Shown: positions 41,205 through 52,079 of the stretch, in pieces
Layout of the letters: each line of letters begins with the position of its first letter
Numbering within the stretch: the stretch's first letter is position 1
From: Acidobacteriota bacterium
GTDB lineage: Bacteria; Acidobacteriota; UBA6911; RPQK01; CBDDCF01
Assembly (NCBI GenBank): GCA_965225995.1
Contig: CBDDCF010000026.1
Span: 106,172-170,171, forward strand
Direction: 5' to 3'
Length of the DNA stretch: 64,000 nucleotides
The notes under the pieces: model-generated
The model's database searches: none
Seen by the model: only the letters and a program-made list of their open reading frames with translations
What the model was told of the DNA's origin: nothing
Made by a program: the position numbers and the translations under genes

Positions 41205-43598
41205 TCACTGAATCAGAGTTGGCCGGCGGCAGATCGACTGGAGAATCTCCAGGGCATACCGTCGCGTCGCCTCTCCTACTTTCATTACCGGGCCCACGCA
41301 AGAGGGGCAGCCATCTCCGCAGGAACAGGCCTGGACCATCTTGCGCACTTGTTCTAGAGCCAGGTCGTGACTCTCAAAGAGCTTCTCTGAGAAACCGATG
41401 CCTCCTGGGTAATTGTCGTACAAAAAGATTGTGGGGTCGAAACAAGCCAGCCAATCGGGGTTGGCTGACTCCCGCTCGGCACTCGAGGAGTAGAAGCCGA
41501 GCCCCTCGGGTCCATTCTGCGCGAACCACTCGGTAGAAAGATCTCCTACGCTGCGGCCCAGGTCGCTGGGATCGCACATCAAGCGCAGGGTTGCCAGGTG
41601 GTGGAGAGCATAGGCGATACCCAAGAAGCCCCGGATCTGCTGATCTCGGCGGAGGCCGATGTCGAGCAGATCTCTTTCTTGCACCGTGAACCAATAGGCG
41701 GTCGTGTGGAGCTCATGTAGAGGCAGCAGGATCTTTCCATATCCCAGATTCTCCCGGGTGTAGAACTTAATTTTCTTGTAGCCCGGGAATTTCTTGACCA
41801 GGTGGACCTCGCCGTGGGCGCGGCGAACAAGCGCCGATCGCGTGCTCTCGTCCTCTCGCAGGATGCGAAGGCCCGAGTAGGTAATCGCGTCCGTGTAATA
41901 GTCCACATCGACCGGAGTGACGTAGGCCTTGCGACCGTCATAATCGAGGTTGTCGACATGGTATTGCCGCCCCTCGCACAGATAGATCGCATCCTCGTGA
42001 ATCAACTCGGGGGCGCTATCGAAATCGACTTCAGCGAGAGCTCGATTGCGTTCCGAGCTATCGAAGACGATGAAATTCTCTTCTGACACGGTTCGCAGGC
42101 TCACGCTATCGGCTGGATAGGATTCGTCACTCCAATGCCAACTGCTTCCGGCCCGGGTCAACATTCGTTGTTCCTCGAGAAAACCTAGTACCTCGGGCAG
42201 GTCTTCTTTCCCGAATGACTCTCCGTCCTGAAAGGGAAGTTCGAAAGCCGCACACTTGATGTGAGCCACCAGGATCTGAAGATTGTCGGGATGGATCAGT
42301 CCATTCTCCGGAGATCGATCCAAGAAGTACTCAGGACTCCGCACCATGAACTGGTCGAGCGGAAGGTTGCGTGCGATGAGGATCGCAGCAGAGCGTCCCG
42401 TGCGCCGGCCCGAGCGCCCGATCTGCTGCCACGTGCTGGCTACGGAGCCCGGGTAGCCGGCCAGGATACAAGCTTCCAGGCTTCCGATATCGATGCCTAA
42501 TTCGAGGGCGTTGGTACTCACGACTCCCAACAGTTCCTTTTCTCGCAACTGCCGTTCAATTTCGCGCCGGGTATTGGGCAGATAACCCCCTCTGTACCCT
42601 CGGACTGCTGGAGGGTCCCCCGGCCGTCCCGGGATTGCGTTTTGCAAATAGCGCAACAACACCTCCACGTTTACCCGGCTGGAAGCAAAGACCAGGGTCT
42701 GGACCTTTTCCTTGAGAAAGGCTTCAGCGAAACGGCGTCCGGCCGCCAAAGCACTCCGTCGCAGGCCCAGTTGGGGATTGGTCAGGGGAGGGTTGTAAAA
42801 AATCAAATCCTTGGCGGCCCGGGGGGCACCGTTCTCTTCGATTGCCACGATCTCCTCTCCTAGAAGATTTCCCGCCAACTCTGCGGGATTGGCAATCGTG
42901 GCCGAGGCGCAGATGAATTGAAGTTCGCTGTCGTAGAAGCCGGCTATCCGCTTCAGGCGTCGGATGAGATTGGCCACGTGACTTCCGAAGACTCCCCGAT
43001 AAGTATGCAACTCATCGATGACCACATAGCGCAAGTTCTGGAAGAGCTCGACCCACTTCGGATGGTGGGGAAGAATCGCGGAATGAAGCATGTCGGGATT
43101 GCTCAAGATGATTCGAGCCGAGCTTCGAATCCGGCGCCGCATGTCCCCCGGTGTGTCTCCGTCGTAAGTGTGAATTCCAAAGTTCGTTCCGACCAGGTCC
43201 TCCAGCCGGCGGAGCTCCGCCATCTGATCCTGAGCCAGAGCTTTGGTTGGGAACAGATAAATGGCTCGGCTCTCCGGGTGTTCGAGAAGTCTCTCCAGTA
43301 CGGGCAGGTTGTAACAGAGGGTTTTTCCCGAGGCCGTGGGAGTTACCACTACGATGTTTCGCCCCTGGCGAATCTTTTGATAGGCGTCGAGCTGGTGGCT
43401 GTAGAGGTGAGAAATACCGCTCTGCTGAAGCGCCTGGACTAATCGCCTGTCCAACCCGGAAGGGAACTCGCGAAAATCTCCGGGCTGGGATTCCAACTGA
43501 ACCCAAGCCGTCACCTCCCCTAGTTCTTGAAGCTTCTTGAAGCGCTCGAGAACTCGACCGATCGCCAACTCACTTACCTCATAATTCGAAAAGCACAC
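41205..43598 (-). CDS. mrfA: MrfA/YprA-like DEAD/DEAH-box helicase with C-terminal DUF1998 zinc-binding domain
   Basis: 797 aa. Walker A TPTASGKT, DEAH-like VVIDELH, helicase C domain. C-terminal CSCGDGCPSC cluster characteristic of DUF1998. Confidence 0.8.
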   Translation of the reverse strand: MCFSNYEVSELAIGRVLERFKKLQELGEVTAWVQLESQPGDFREFPSGLDRRLVQALQQSGISHLYSHQLDAYQKIRQGRNIVVVTPTASGKTLCYNLPVLERLLEHPESRAIYLFPTKALAQDQMAELRRLEDLVGTNFGIHTYDGDTPGDMRRRIRSSARIILSNPDMLHSAILPHHPKWVELFQNLRYVVIDELHTYRGVFGSHVANLIRRLKRIAGFYDSELQFICASATIANPAELAGNLLGEEIVAIEENGAPRAAKDLIFYNPPLTNPQLGLRRSALAAGRRFAEAFLKEKVQTLVFASSRVNVEVLLRYLQNAIPGRPGDPPAVRGYRGGYLPNTRREIERQLREKELLGVVSTNALELGIDIGSLEACILAGYPGSVASTWQQIGRSGRRTGRSAAILIARNLPLDQFMVRSPEYFLDRSPENGLIHPDNLQILVAHIKCAAFELPFQDGESFGKEDLPEVLGFLEEQRMLTRAGSSWHWSDESYPADSVSLRTVSEENFIVFDSSERNRALAEVDFDSAPELIHEDAIYLCEGRQYHVDNLDYDGRKAYVTPVDVDYYTDAITYSGLRILREDESTRSALVRRAHGEVHLVKKFPGYKKIKFYTRENLGYGKILLPLHELHTTAYWFTVQERDLLDIGLRRDQQIRGFLGIAYALHHLATLRLMCDPSDLGRSVGDLSTEWFAQNGPEGLGFYSSSAERESANPDWLACFDPTIFLYDNYPGGIGFSEKLFESHDLALEQVRKMVQACSCGDGCPSCVGPVMKVGEATRRYALEILQSICRRPTLIQ

Positions 43599-43848
43599 TT
43601 TCTAGTGCACGCGTAGTCAAGAACATTCCGCCTAAGCTGAAACTAGAATCCGGATGACAACCTGGGAGGTTATCCTACAGACGAGAAGGCGGCGGTATGG
43701 CTGCGCGCACTCCAAGGGCTTCGCCCGGACCGTCGAGAATGCCCCGGGAAAATAACAAGAACCGGTGACAAAATGGTGAATATTGGGTCCGTGACCGTCT
43801 CTTCCTGACTTGCACCGGAGGCCCGACTCTTCATAGAATCGAAACTTC

Positions 43849-44214
43849 ATGTCAATGAAAACCGGAGCGGCTTGTTTCCTGGCGTGGCTAGTTCCCGGAG
43901 CGGGGCATCTGTTCCTGAGCCGTTGGCTGCGAGGAGGGCTCTTTTTTGTTTGTGTTATGGTCCCTTTCCTACTCGGGCTAAACATGGATGGCAGGCTGTT
44001 TGGCTGGACTCCCGGTTTCTTCGGGCTTCTCAAGTTCATAGCGGGAATCAGCACGGGCCTTCTCTACCTTTTGGGGAAGCTGGTCGGACTGGGCACTGGC
44101 GATATCACTTCTTTCGGTTACGAGTACGGGAACACGTTCCTCTACACGGCGGGTCTCCTTAATATGCTACTGATCGTTGATGCTTTCGATATCGCGGAAG
44201 GGCGTAAGAAGTGA
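43849..44214 (+). CDS. small integral membrane protein (hypothetical)
   Basis: 121 aa, 3-4 TM helices. No recognised domain. Confidence 0.35.
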   Translation: MSMKTGAACFLAWLVPGAGHLFLSRWLRGGLFFVCVMVPFLLGLNMDGRLFGWTPGFFGLLKFIAGISTGLLYLLGKLVGLGTGDITSFGYEYGNTFLYTAGLLNMLLIVDAFDIAEGRKK

Positions 44215-44353
44215 ACCACTTTTTCATGCTGATCGTGATCTCGCTGTGTATTGCAGTGGTTTTTGCCCTGATCAGCCACGAACGGCGGGATGAGCAAACC
44301 CGTTACTTCATCAAACTCTTGCTCTACATGGTAGTGGGTTCTGTGATCGGTGG

Positions 44354-44770
44354 TTGGGTGATGTCGGCCATCCCCTGGTAGGACCGGGATCGAGCTTGAA
44401 GCGCTTACTTTACTGGTTGCCGGCTCTCTTCTGGGCCAGCCTGCTTTTCTATCTTTCCAGCCGGAGCAATCTGCCCGGTGGCGGAATCTTTCCGGACGCT
44501 GCCAGCCATTATTTCGCATATTTGATCCTGGGCCTGTGCTGTGCACTCGGTTTTGCTAGCCGGATTCCTCTCGAGGTTCCCTCGTCGGTGTATGTGCTGA
44601 GCTGGATATCGGCCACTATCTATGGGCTCAGCGATGAATGGCATCAGATGTTCACCCCGGGCCGTACGCCAAGTTGGGAAGACGTCGTTGCCGATGCCCT
44701 GGGCGCGCTTACTGGGTTGGCGCTTTTGCGCTTGATTGCATTTGTCAGGTCTAGGAACCTAGCCGAGTAA
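44354..44770 (+). CDS. VanZ-family membrane protein
   Basis: DEWHQMFTPGRTPSWEDVVADALGALTG is the VanZ signature (DExHQ..PGR...D..D..G). 4 TM helices. Confidence 0.6.
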   Translation: MGDVGHPLVGPGSSLKRLLYWLPALFWASLLFYLSSRSNLPGGGIFPDAASHYFAYLILGLCCALGFASRIPLEVPSSVYVLSWISATIYGLSDEWHQMFTPGRTPSWEDVVADALGALTGLALLRLIAFVRSRNLAE

Positions 44771-44784
44771 TGGGGTGAGACAGA

Positions 44785-47306
44785 ATGGACGATAAGCTCC
44801 GCAATTACCAAAAGAAAAGGGACTTCGGGGCCACTCCGGAACCGTCGGGGGCGATAGCTCCCGCACCGGAAGGCGTTTATCGTTTTGTAATGCAAAAGCA
44901 CGCCGCGCGCCGGCTCCATTACGATCTGCGCTTGGAAATGGAGGGCGTGTTGCGCTCCTGGGCGGTTCCGCGCGGACCCTCTCTGGATCCTTCCGAAAAG
45001 CGATTGGCTGTGAATACGGAGGATCATCCGCTGGAGTATCTCGAGTTTGAGGGTGTGATTCCGGAAGGGAGCTACGGAGCCGGCAAGATGATTGTGTGGG
45101 ACCGGGGAACCTACCGGTGCGTGGGTTCCCAGAAAGATCCGGTTGCTTCCTGGAAAAGAGGCCTGATTGATCTTCAGTTGGAAGGCGAAAAACTGAAAGG
45201 TTTGTGGGTGCTGGTGCGGACCTCCCGTGGAGAAGAGAATCAGTGGCTGCTTCTCAAGAAAAAGGACAATCATGCCGATTCCACCCGCAACCTCACGGAG
45301 GAAATGCCGGAGTCGGTCCTCTCCGGCCTGGAAGTTGAAGAGCTAATCGGCGGAGAGACGAGCTCCTGGACAACGCGGCTTGATCGGCTGCTTTCGGAAC
45401 TCCAGATCGAACGGTCCGCGATCGACGGCCAGGTGGCCCCCATGCTGGCGACTCTCGTTGAGAAGGTACCAGAGGGCGGACACTGGGGCTATGAGCTCAA
45501 ATACGATGGCATTCGAGCCATGGCGGAAAAAAAAACGGGAATTTCAGGATTTATTCCCGCAACCTGAAGCCACTCGATCCGCAATTCCCTGAAATCCTGG
45601 CCGAACTCCAGAAGATTCGGGCCGATTCATTCCTGCTGGATGGGGAGATCGCTGCCTTCGAGGAAACCGGGAAGTCGAGCTTCCAGCGGCTGCAGGGCCG
45701 CATCAATCGTCGCAATACGAGAGGGCTGGCCGAACTGATCGAGAAGGTCCCGGTTTCCTACATGGTTTTTGATGTTCTTGCCTGCCAGGGATTCGATCTA
45801 CGCGGTGTGACGCTGGCAGAACGCAGACGCATCCTGGCAGCGCTCCTTCCTCAAAGCGAGTTGCTTCGTTCGGTGGAGGTGCTACCCGAACGGGGACACG
45901 AATTCTTTGAACTGGTTTCCCAGGCCAACCTCGAGGGAATCGTTGCCAAGAACAGCGAAAGCACCTATAGCAGCGGCCGGAGCACCCAATGGAGAAAGAT
46001 CAAGACGACACGGGAAGATCTTTTCGTGATTGCCGGATGGACCGACCCGGCCGGCGGCCGGAAGCATCTCGGTGCGCTCCTGCTGGGAATCTATCAAGAT
46101 GATCAACTGCACTTCGTCGGCCGTGTGGGGGGAGGGTTTGACGAGGGCCTGCTGCAATCGATTCACCAGCAGTTGCAGCCACTGCAGGCAGAGGACTCTC
46201 CCTTTCAGAAGTTTCCCAAGGAACTGGCCGATGCACACTGGGTCGCGCCCGTTCTGGTGTGCCGGGTGCGCTACAACGAACTGACCCGGGACCGGATCCT
46301 GCGAGCTCCTGTGTTCCTGAGGATGGAACCGGACGCCGATCCCACAAGTTGCCGTTTCGATGAGCCGGTCGACGCTGAAGTGGAGGAGGTTGGTGATCCT
46401 CTCGATCAATACAGCTTCCTATCTAACCTGGATAAACCATTCTGGCCCGAAGAGGGAATCACCAAGCGTGATTTGGTGCGCTACTATTACGACGTTGCTC
46501 CCATCCTGTTGCCCTATCTGCAGGACCGCCCCGTGAATATGGAACGCTACCCGGATGGCTGGATCGGCAAGAGTTTTTACCAGAAAGATACACCCGATTT
46601 CTTCCCCGATTGGATCCGCACCGAGCCGGTCGATTCCGAGTCACAAGGCAAGACGATCCGCTACACGGTGGTGGATGACCGAGACACCCTGGTGTACCTG
46701 GCCAACCTGGCCTGTATTCCCCTGCACCCTTGGAGCAGCCGAATCGCTACCATTAGTTGTCCTGACCTCCTGATCATCGATCTCGATCCAGATCCCAAGC
46801 TGGGGTTTGGCGAGGTGTGCCGCTTCGCGGTGCGCATCCGTGGAGTGCTGGATCAGCTCGAGTTGGAGTCCTTCCCCAAGACCTCGGGCTCAAAGGGGAT
46901 CCACATCCTGGTGCCTCTGGAGCCGCTCTACAGCTACGCACTGGTGCGGAGCTTCGGGGAGATTGTGGCCCGTCTGGCGGTCCAGGGAGCGGAGGATGTC
47001 GCCACCTTCGATCGCAGTATGGAGCGGCGGAAAGGGAGGATCTATATCGACTACTTGCAAAACGGGATGGGAAAGACGATCGTTTCTCCCTATTGTGTGC
47101 GGCCTCGTCCTGGAGCTCCGGTCTCGACTCCGCTGGAGTGGCATGAGGTGGCGCCCGGCATTCGCCCCGAGGCCTTCCACATCCGGAATATCCTGCGCCG
47201 AATCGAGCGCAAAGGGGACCTTTTTCAGCCCGTGCAACGCCGCAAACAACGGTTGGAAGATGCGCTGGAAAGGCTTGAGAGTCTGATGAAGGATGATGTT
47301 AGTTGA
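44785..47306 (+). CDS. ligD: multidomain DNA ligase D (PE-LIG-POL), -1 frameshift in an A9 run (45527-45535)
   Basis: N-terminal 3'-phosphoesterase domain (HYDLRLE...). Ligase KxDG motif ELKYDGIRA. After the A9 run the -1 frame reads NFRIYSRNLKPLDPQFPEI...LDGEIAAF... (ligase), then the polymerase/primase domain (...GSKGIHILVPL...). A10 would give a continuous ORF. Confidence 0.8.
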
Positions 47307-48340
47307 AGAAATTCCACGAGATCCTCGAGCGAAAACCGTTTCGTCCTCACCCCTTGATCAGGGGAGGGCATCTGCAGACCATACTGGGCTCGATTTTGCC
47401 TCGGAATCTGGCTATGGGAGGGACACAGAGCCGCCAGGAGTTCTTGGATCTAGACGACGGCACTCGGGTTCGCATCGTGGTGGTAGATCGCGATTCGGCG
47501 GCGCCCACCCTGGTGGCTGTCCATGGGTTGGGGGGGTCTAGTGAATCGACCTATATGCGCGGGCTATCGAACAAGGCCTGGCGTCTGGGTTGGAACTCAG
47601 TGCTTCTGAATCTTTACGACAGCAATCTGAGAGCTTCACCGCCGCATATCTTCCATGCCGGCTCGAGCGGTCGTCTGGGGCATGTGATCGCTAGACTCTC
47701 GCCCACCCACCCCCGGATCCTGCTGACGGGCATCTCGCTGGGAGGGAACATGCTCTTGAAAATGCTGGGAGAACTGGGGAAGCGGGCCGATTCTTCGATC
47801 CTGGCCGCGGCGGTTATCTCGCCACTGATCGATTTGACCATCAGCTGGTCGACTCTGGATCTCCCCTCGAACCGACTCTTTCGCTACCACTACCTGAAGG
47901 GGTTGCGCCGAATCGTCTCGCAGAAAGAAGCCTATCTTCGGGATCACGTTGATCTCGAAGCCGTCCTGCAGGTTCGTACGATCCGCCAGTTCGATGAGCT
48001 TTTCACGGCTCCGCTGGGAGGTTTTGAGGATGCTATGGACTATTACATCAAAGCCAGCGCCGCCCCGTTTTTGAAGGACATTCAGATTCCGACTCTACTG
48101 CTTCACTCCAAGGACGATCCGCTGTTGCCTTATGAGCCTCTGCTGTCACGAGAATGTCGGTCCAACCCCTACCTCACGATTGGCCTGACCCAGCAGGGAG
48201 GCCATGTCGGTTTCGTCCAATCCGCTCACGAGCCGGACCGGGCCTGGGCCGAGAACCGGGCGCTCGAGTTTCTGGATACCGTGCTCAGAGATCATTGTGT
48301 GTCGGGTATCGCGGGACGGCGGCAAACAACCAGGTCCTGA
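47303..48340 (+). CDS. YheT-type alpha/beta hydrolase
   Basis: 345 aa. LVAVHGLGGSSES, GISLGGNML (GxSxG), and the C-terminal Asp/His region. Confidence 0.7.
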   Translation: MKKFHEILERKPFRPHPLIRGGHLQTILGSILPRNLAMGGTQSRQEFLDLDDGTRVRIVVVDRDSAAPTLVAVHGLGGSSESTYMRGLSNKAWRLGWNSVLLNLYDSNLRASPPHIFHAGSSGRLGHVIARLSPTHPRILLTGISLGGNMLLKMLGELGKRADSSILAAAVISPLIDLTISWSTLDLPSNRLFRYHYLKGLRRIVSQKEAYLRDHVDLEAVLQVRTIRQFDELFTAPLGGFEDAMDYYIKASAAPFLKDIQIPTLLLHSKDDPLLPYEPLLSRECRSNPYLTIGLTQQGGHVGFVQSAHEPDRAWAENRALEFLDTVLRDHCVSGIAGRRQTTRS

Positions 48341-48458
48341 TGGCCCACGCCTCCATCCAGGTAAATGATCTCTCCAAAGAATCCCCGAAATAGCCGTTGA
48401 GTCGAATGTCTCCGTTGGATTTCGCATTTTGGGCCGTTCAGTCGTTTAACCAAGTGTC

Positions 48459-49121
48459 ATGACCACAGCATCCTTCCACTCGCATTTTCGTTTGCCATTT
48501 GATCGCGGCTTGGAGGATCTCTCGGATACCGAACTCCTTTCTCTGCTCTTGGCCGGTTTGCGGGACGGGGAAGATTGCCGCCGGCAAGCCCAGGAATTAC
48601 TCCTTCACCTCGGAACTGCTGCGGCAATCGGAGGGCGTTCGCCCCAGGAGCTGATGCAGCTCGGGCTGAGCGAGCGACAAGCGGCTTCACTGTTGGCGGC
48701 CGATCGGTTGTTTCGAAGAGTTGCCGGAAGATCGCTCCAGCGGGGGCGTGCCTATGCCTCGAGCCGGGACGTCTTCCAGCACTTCAAGTCGCGCCTTTCG
48801 CACTTGCAGAAGGAGTGTTTTTGGGTCTTGCTACTCGATGGAAAGAACCGGCTGCTTCGACTCAAACAGGTCGCTGAAGGCTCATTGACAGCTGCTTTGG
48901 CTCATCCCAGGGAAGTATTCCGACCCGCAGTCCAAGAAGCCTCCGCCGGAATCATTTGCGTGCACAATCACCCCAGCGGTGATCCCAAACCAAGTGTCGA
49001 AGACATCGAACTCACACGCCGGTTGGCAGAAACTGGCCGAGTACTGGGAATCCGTCTCCTCGATCATGTCGTCGTGTCAGATCAGAGCTACTTTAGTTTT
49101 GCCGATCAGGGCCTATTGTGA
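48459..49121 (+). CDS. radC: RadC-family JAB/MPN-domain protein
   Basis: 220 aa. HNHPSG motif plus helix-hairpin-helix N-terminus. UPF0758 pattern. Confidence 0.8.
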   Translation: MTTASFHSHFRLPFDRGLEDLSDTELLSLLLAGLRDGEDCRRQAQELLLHLGTAAAIGGRSPQELMQLGLSERQAASLLAADRLFRRVAGRSLQRGRAYASSRDVFQHFKSRLSHLQKECFWVLLLDGKNRLLRLKQVAEGSLTAALAHPREVFRPAVQEASAGIICVHNHPSGDPKPSVEDIELTRRLAETGRVLGIRLLDHVVVSDQSYFSFADQGLL

Positions 49122-49185
49122 GGAAGGGTAGGAGCGAGCTACGCGCACTCCAAATTGGCGCGCTTCCGCCCCCGGGTAAGACTCT

Positions 49186-50840
49186 CTAGCCCGGATTATG
49201 CAAGAACCGTAGGCCGGAGTTGAAAAGAGAGTCGAAAGTGGCCCAAATCGGGAGATCGAAGGTGCGACAGGCGGATTTTCGAGGGATCTCTGTGGACGAG
49301 CCGTGTGGAGTAGGTGGGGGAGTGAATTTCAGACGGAGTTGGGCCTGAATGAGTGTCCTAAACGATCATTCGGGAGCTAGGAGAGGCTAGCTGGAGTTAA
49401 GGCGATTCAAGACGAGGAGGAAAAGGGCCTGCTCCGGAAAGCCGGAGGAAAGATGGGCCCAGATGCGTCGAGTGGTTTGTCGAACCCGCGCCCCAATTTT
49501 GAGGACCCGGCGACGCAAAGTTTCGATTTCGAGTTTCTGCCAGGGGGTTCCATACAGATAATCGCGGAGTCGGACGAACATCTGGTAAGCCAGCCCATGC
49601 AGGAGAAGTCGAAACTGGTTGGCCAGGAATCGATGACAGCTCAGCCGATCCATACTCAGATGGTTCTTAAAAGCCTTGATGAAGTTCTCCGACTGTCCTC
49701 GATCGGTGTAGTGATCATAAAGGGACTGGGAAGAGAGATCATCTCGGTTGGTGACCACAAAGCGACGATTGATCCCCCGATGGTCGACTTCCACTTTGAC
49801 GATGACGCGACGGAATCGATCCCAGCTGCCGGCTCGATAAAGAAACTCGTCAAACTGACGCTGTTTTTCCTCGAACTCGTCGAACCTGAGTCGAGTCGAC
49901 TCGAGCATCGGCTCGACCATCTGTTGCAGGCGGGGGTTCCGGCTTAACCCAATGACATATTGGAGTTTGTTCTCTTCAGATTCACAGAACTCGTAGAGCC
50001 GAGGCGTGGCAAAGCCGCTGTCGGCCCGGATCTCAATTTGAAGTTCCTTGCCAACTTCTCGTCGAATGGCTTTCACGATTCGTTTCAGAATAGGAACGAT
50101 GTGAGAGGCAGCCCCCTTGTTTCCAGGCCTCAATACGACAGTGACCAGGTCCCCCGTAACGGCATCGAAGATCAGCCAAGGATGCAGAATGTGGTTTCGG
50201 TAATAGCCGTGGTAAAAAGAGAATTCCTGTTGGCCGTGAGTGTGGTCGTCAGTACTGTCCAGGTCCAAGATGACCTGGTCGGGGCGTCTCTTCTTCAGCG
50301 AGCGGACATAACGCTGTAGGAACCCCCGGCTCAGACGCATGAGATCCTTCTTGCTGACAGAGTTTTCCAAACGGGAAAAAGTTGCCTGGGTGGCCAAGTC
50401 AGGATCGCTCTCAGGTAACTGATCACAGACGGTCTTGAGCATGGGATCCGAGCGCAGCGTGTCCGCGTCATTGCAGTCTTCGTACCCGGCAACGATCTGA
50501 AAGACTCGTTGTCGGATCAGCTTTAACTGCTCATGACGAACGTAGCGTTGGTCCCGGCTATCCGCAATACACGAACTGAAGTCCTCGCAGAGTCGATCTT
50601 GCCGATCCAGGGAACCAAACAACAGCCATCCGGCATCGGAAGTCAGGTTCCCACCATCAAAACGAGCCGTGATTTGTGTGTGCGAGTGAAATGCCAGGGT
50701 GGTCTGACAGACTGGGTTTGACATTGTCGTAGTTCTCCGATAAGGATTTGTTTAATAAACCCTTTTATATCAGAGAGCTACGGCATTTTTTCTGGTCCCC
50801 AATCCACTCGAATCCGGATCTCTTGCATAATCCGGGCTAG
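49186..50840 (-). mobile_element. IS1380-family insertion sequence, copy 1 (transposase 49387..50724)
   Basis: 1655 bp. 20-bp terminal inverted repeats CTAGCCCGGATTATGCAAGA. 445-aa DDE transposase with an IS1380-type N-terminus (FDGGNLTSDAGWLLF) and LDLDSTDDHTHGQQEFSFYHGYY region. Confidence 0.8.
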
Positions 50841-51071
50841 ACGAGCGATTCCGAAATAACGTGTCAATTGCTAAACGGGTCTTGCGAGTCGAGGTCAAGG
50901 AGAGAGGAGGAAGTCGATACAACGTGGGAGCCGGCTTAGTCCGGCAAACTCGTCATCAGCCGAAACCGGTCTGCTGGCCAGGCCAGCAGATTCGCCGGGC
51001 GGAGCCGACTCCTACAATGCGTGGGTTGGAAACTGAGGCAGCCAGGCAGATCGTGAGCCTAGCGGGCTGAA

Positions 51072-51323
51072 CTAACTCCTCAGCTGGTCGCGCAAGAAAA
51101 GCTTGAGGCGCTCTTCCATTTCGATGGGAATATCTACTGTTTGCTCCCTCATTTGATTTTCCATCGAACGGCAAGACTCGTAGGTTTTGAGGAAGTTGAT
51201 ACAGGGAGGGCAAGCTGCAAAATGCTCGTCCAGCTGTTTCATCATGTCCGGATCCAGACTCGACTCCAAGTAATCAAAGAGCAGGTTGACGCATTCTTTG
51301 CAGGAAACGTATTTACCTCTCAT
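51072..51323 (-). CDS. zinc-binding anti-sigma factor (ZAS family)
   Basis: 83 aa. CKEC...HFAACPPC (HxxxCxxC). Overlaps the sigma factor stop by 4 nt. Confidence 0.6.
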   Translation of the reverse strand: MRGKYVSCKECVNLLFDYLESSLDPDMMKQLDEHFAACPPCINFLKTYESCRSMENQMREQTVDIPIEMEERLKLFLRDQLRS

Positions 51324-51925
51324 GGCTTACCCTCGAAGTAGTTGGAGAGTTTCTCACGAACAAACAACCGGGCACGGTGGATGCGCGTCTTGGCGGTGGC
51401 TTCCTTGAGGCCTAACAAAGAAGCGATATTCTTGATGGAATATCCTTCGATATCGCGCAACACGAGAGGGACACGGTACTCGTAAGAGAGCGATTGAACT
51501 GCGTCATACAACTGTCCGGAAAGCTCGGTGTTGAGCATGACTTCTTCTGGATCAACGGGCCAGTCCATCACGAGCGAGTGGTGGTTGCCGTCCTGGCCGA
51601 ACAGAGGGAGGCTTTCTTCCATCTGAACTTCCCGCTCCCGAGTTGTTCGGTGTTTGCGCAGCCACATGATGCAATTGTTGATGGCAATCCGCTTCATCCA
51701 AGGCCATATATGACTTTCCTGGCGAAAGGTTTCAATCTTGCGAATGATTTTGAGAAGAGTCTCCTGCAAGATCTCCTCTGCATCCGAAGGGTCCTTGGTG
51801 TAGTTGAGGATCACACCGAAGAGGGGACGGGAGTATTGACTGACGAAATGATTGATGACCTGAACATTCTCATTCTTCAGGCCTTCCACGATTTGCTGTT
51901 CGTCTCCAGCTTTGGCTCTCGTCAT
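51320..51925 (-). CDS. ECF (sigma-70 family) RNA polymerase sigma factor
   Basis: Region 2 (EEILQETLLKIIRKIETF) and region 4 (LKEATAKTRIHRARLFVREKL). Probable start MTRAK at 51925. Confidence 0.75.
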   Translation of the reverse strand: MTRAKAGDEQQIVEGLKNENVQVINHFVSQYSRPLFGVILNYTKDPSDAEEILQETLLKIIRKIETFRQESHIWPWMKRIAINNCIMWLRKHRTTREREVQMEESLPLFGQDGNHHSLVMDWPVDPEEVMLNTELSGQLYDAVQSLSYEYRVPLVLRDIEGYSIKNIASLLGLKEATAKTRIHRARLFVREKLSNYFEGKP

Positions 51926-52079
51926 GGATCGGCAACCCTCGATTTGGACAAGCACTAGTGCTGCGTTCAGGATACAAGATTTCCCCCACTGAATCACCCG
52001 ATAAAGCCTCACTGTTGCGGTGGCGGATGGCACCTAGCCAATTGCGCCCACCGGGTCGTCTTCTGTTAGGATCATTCTT

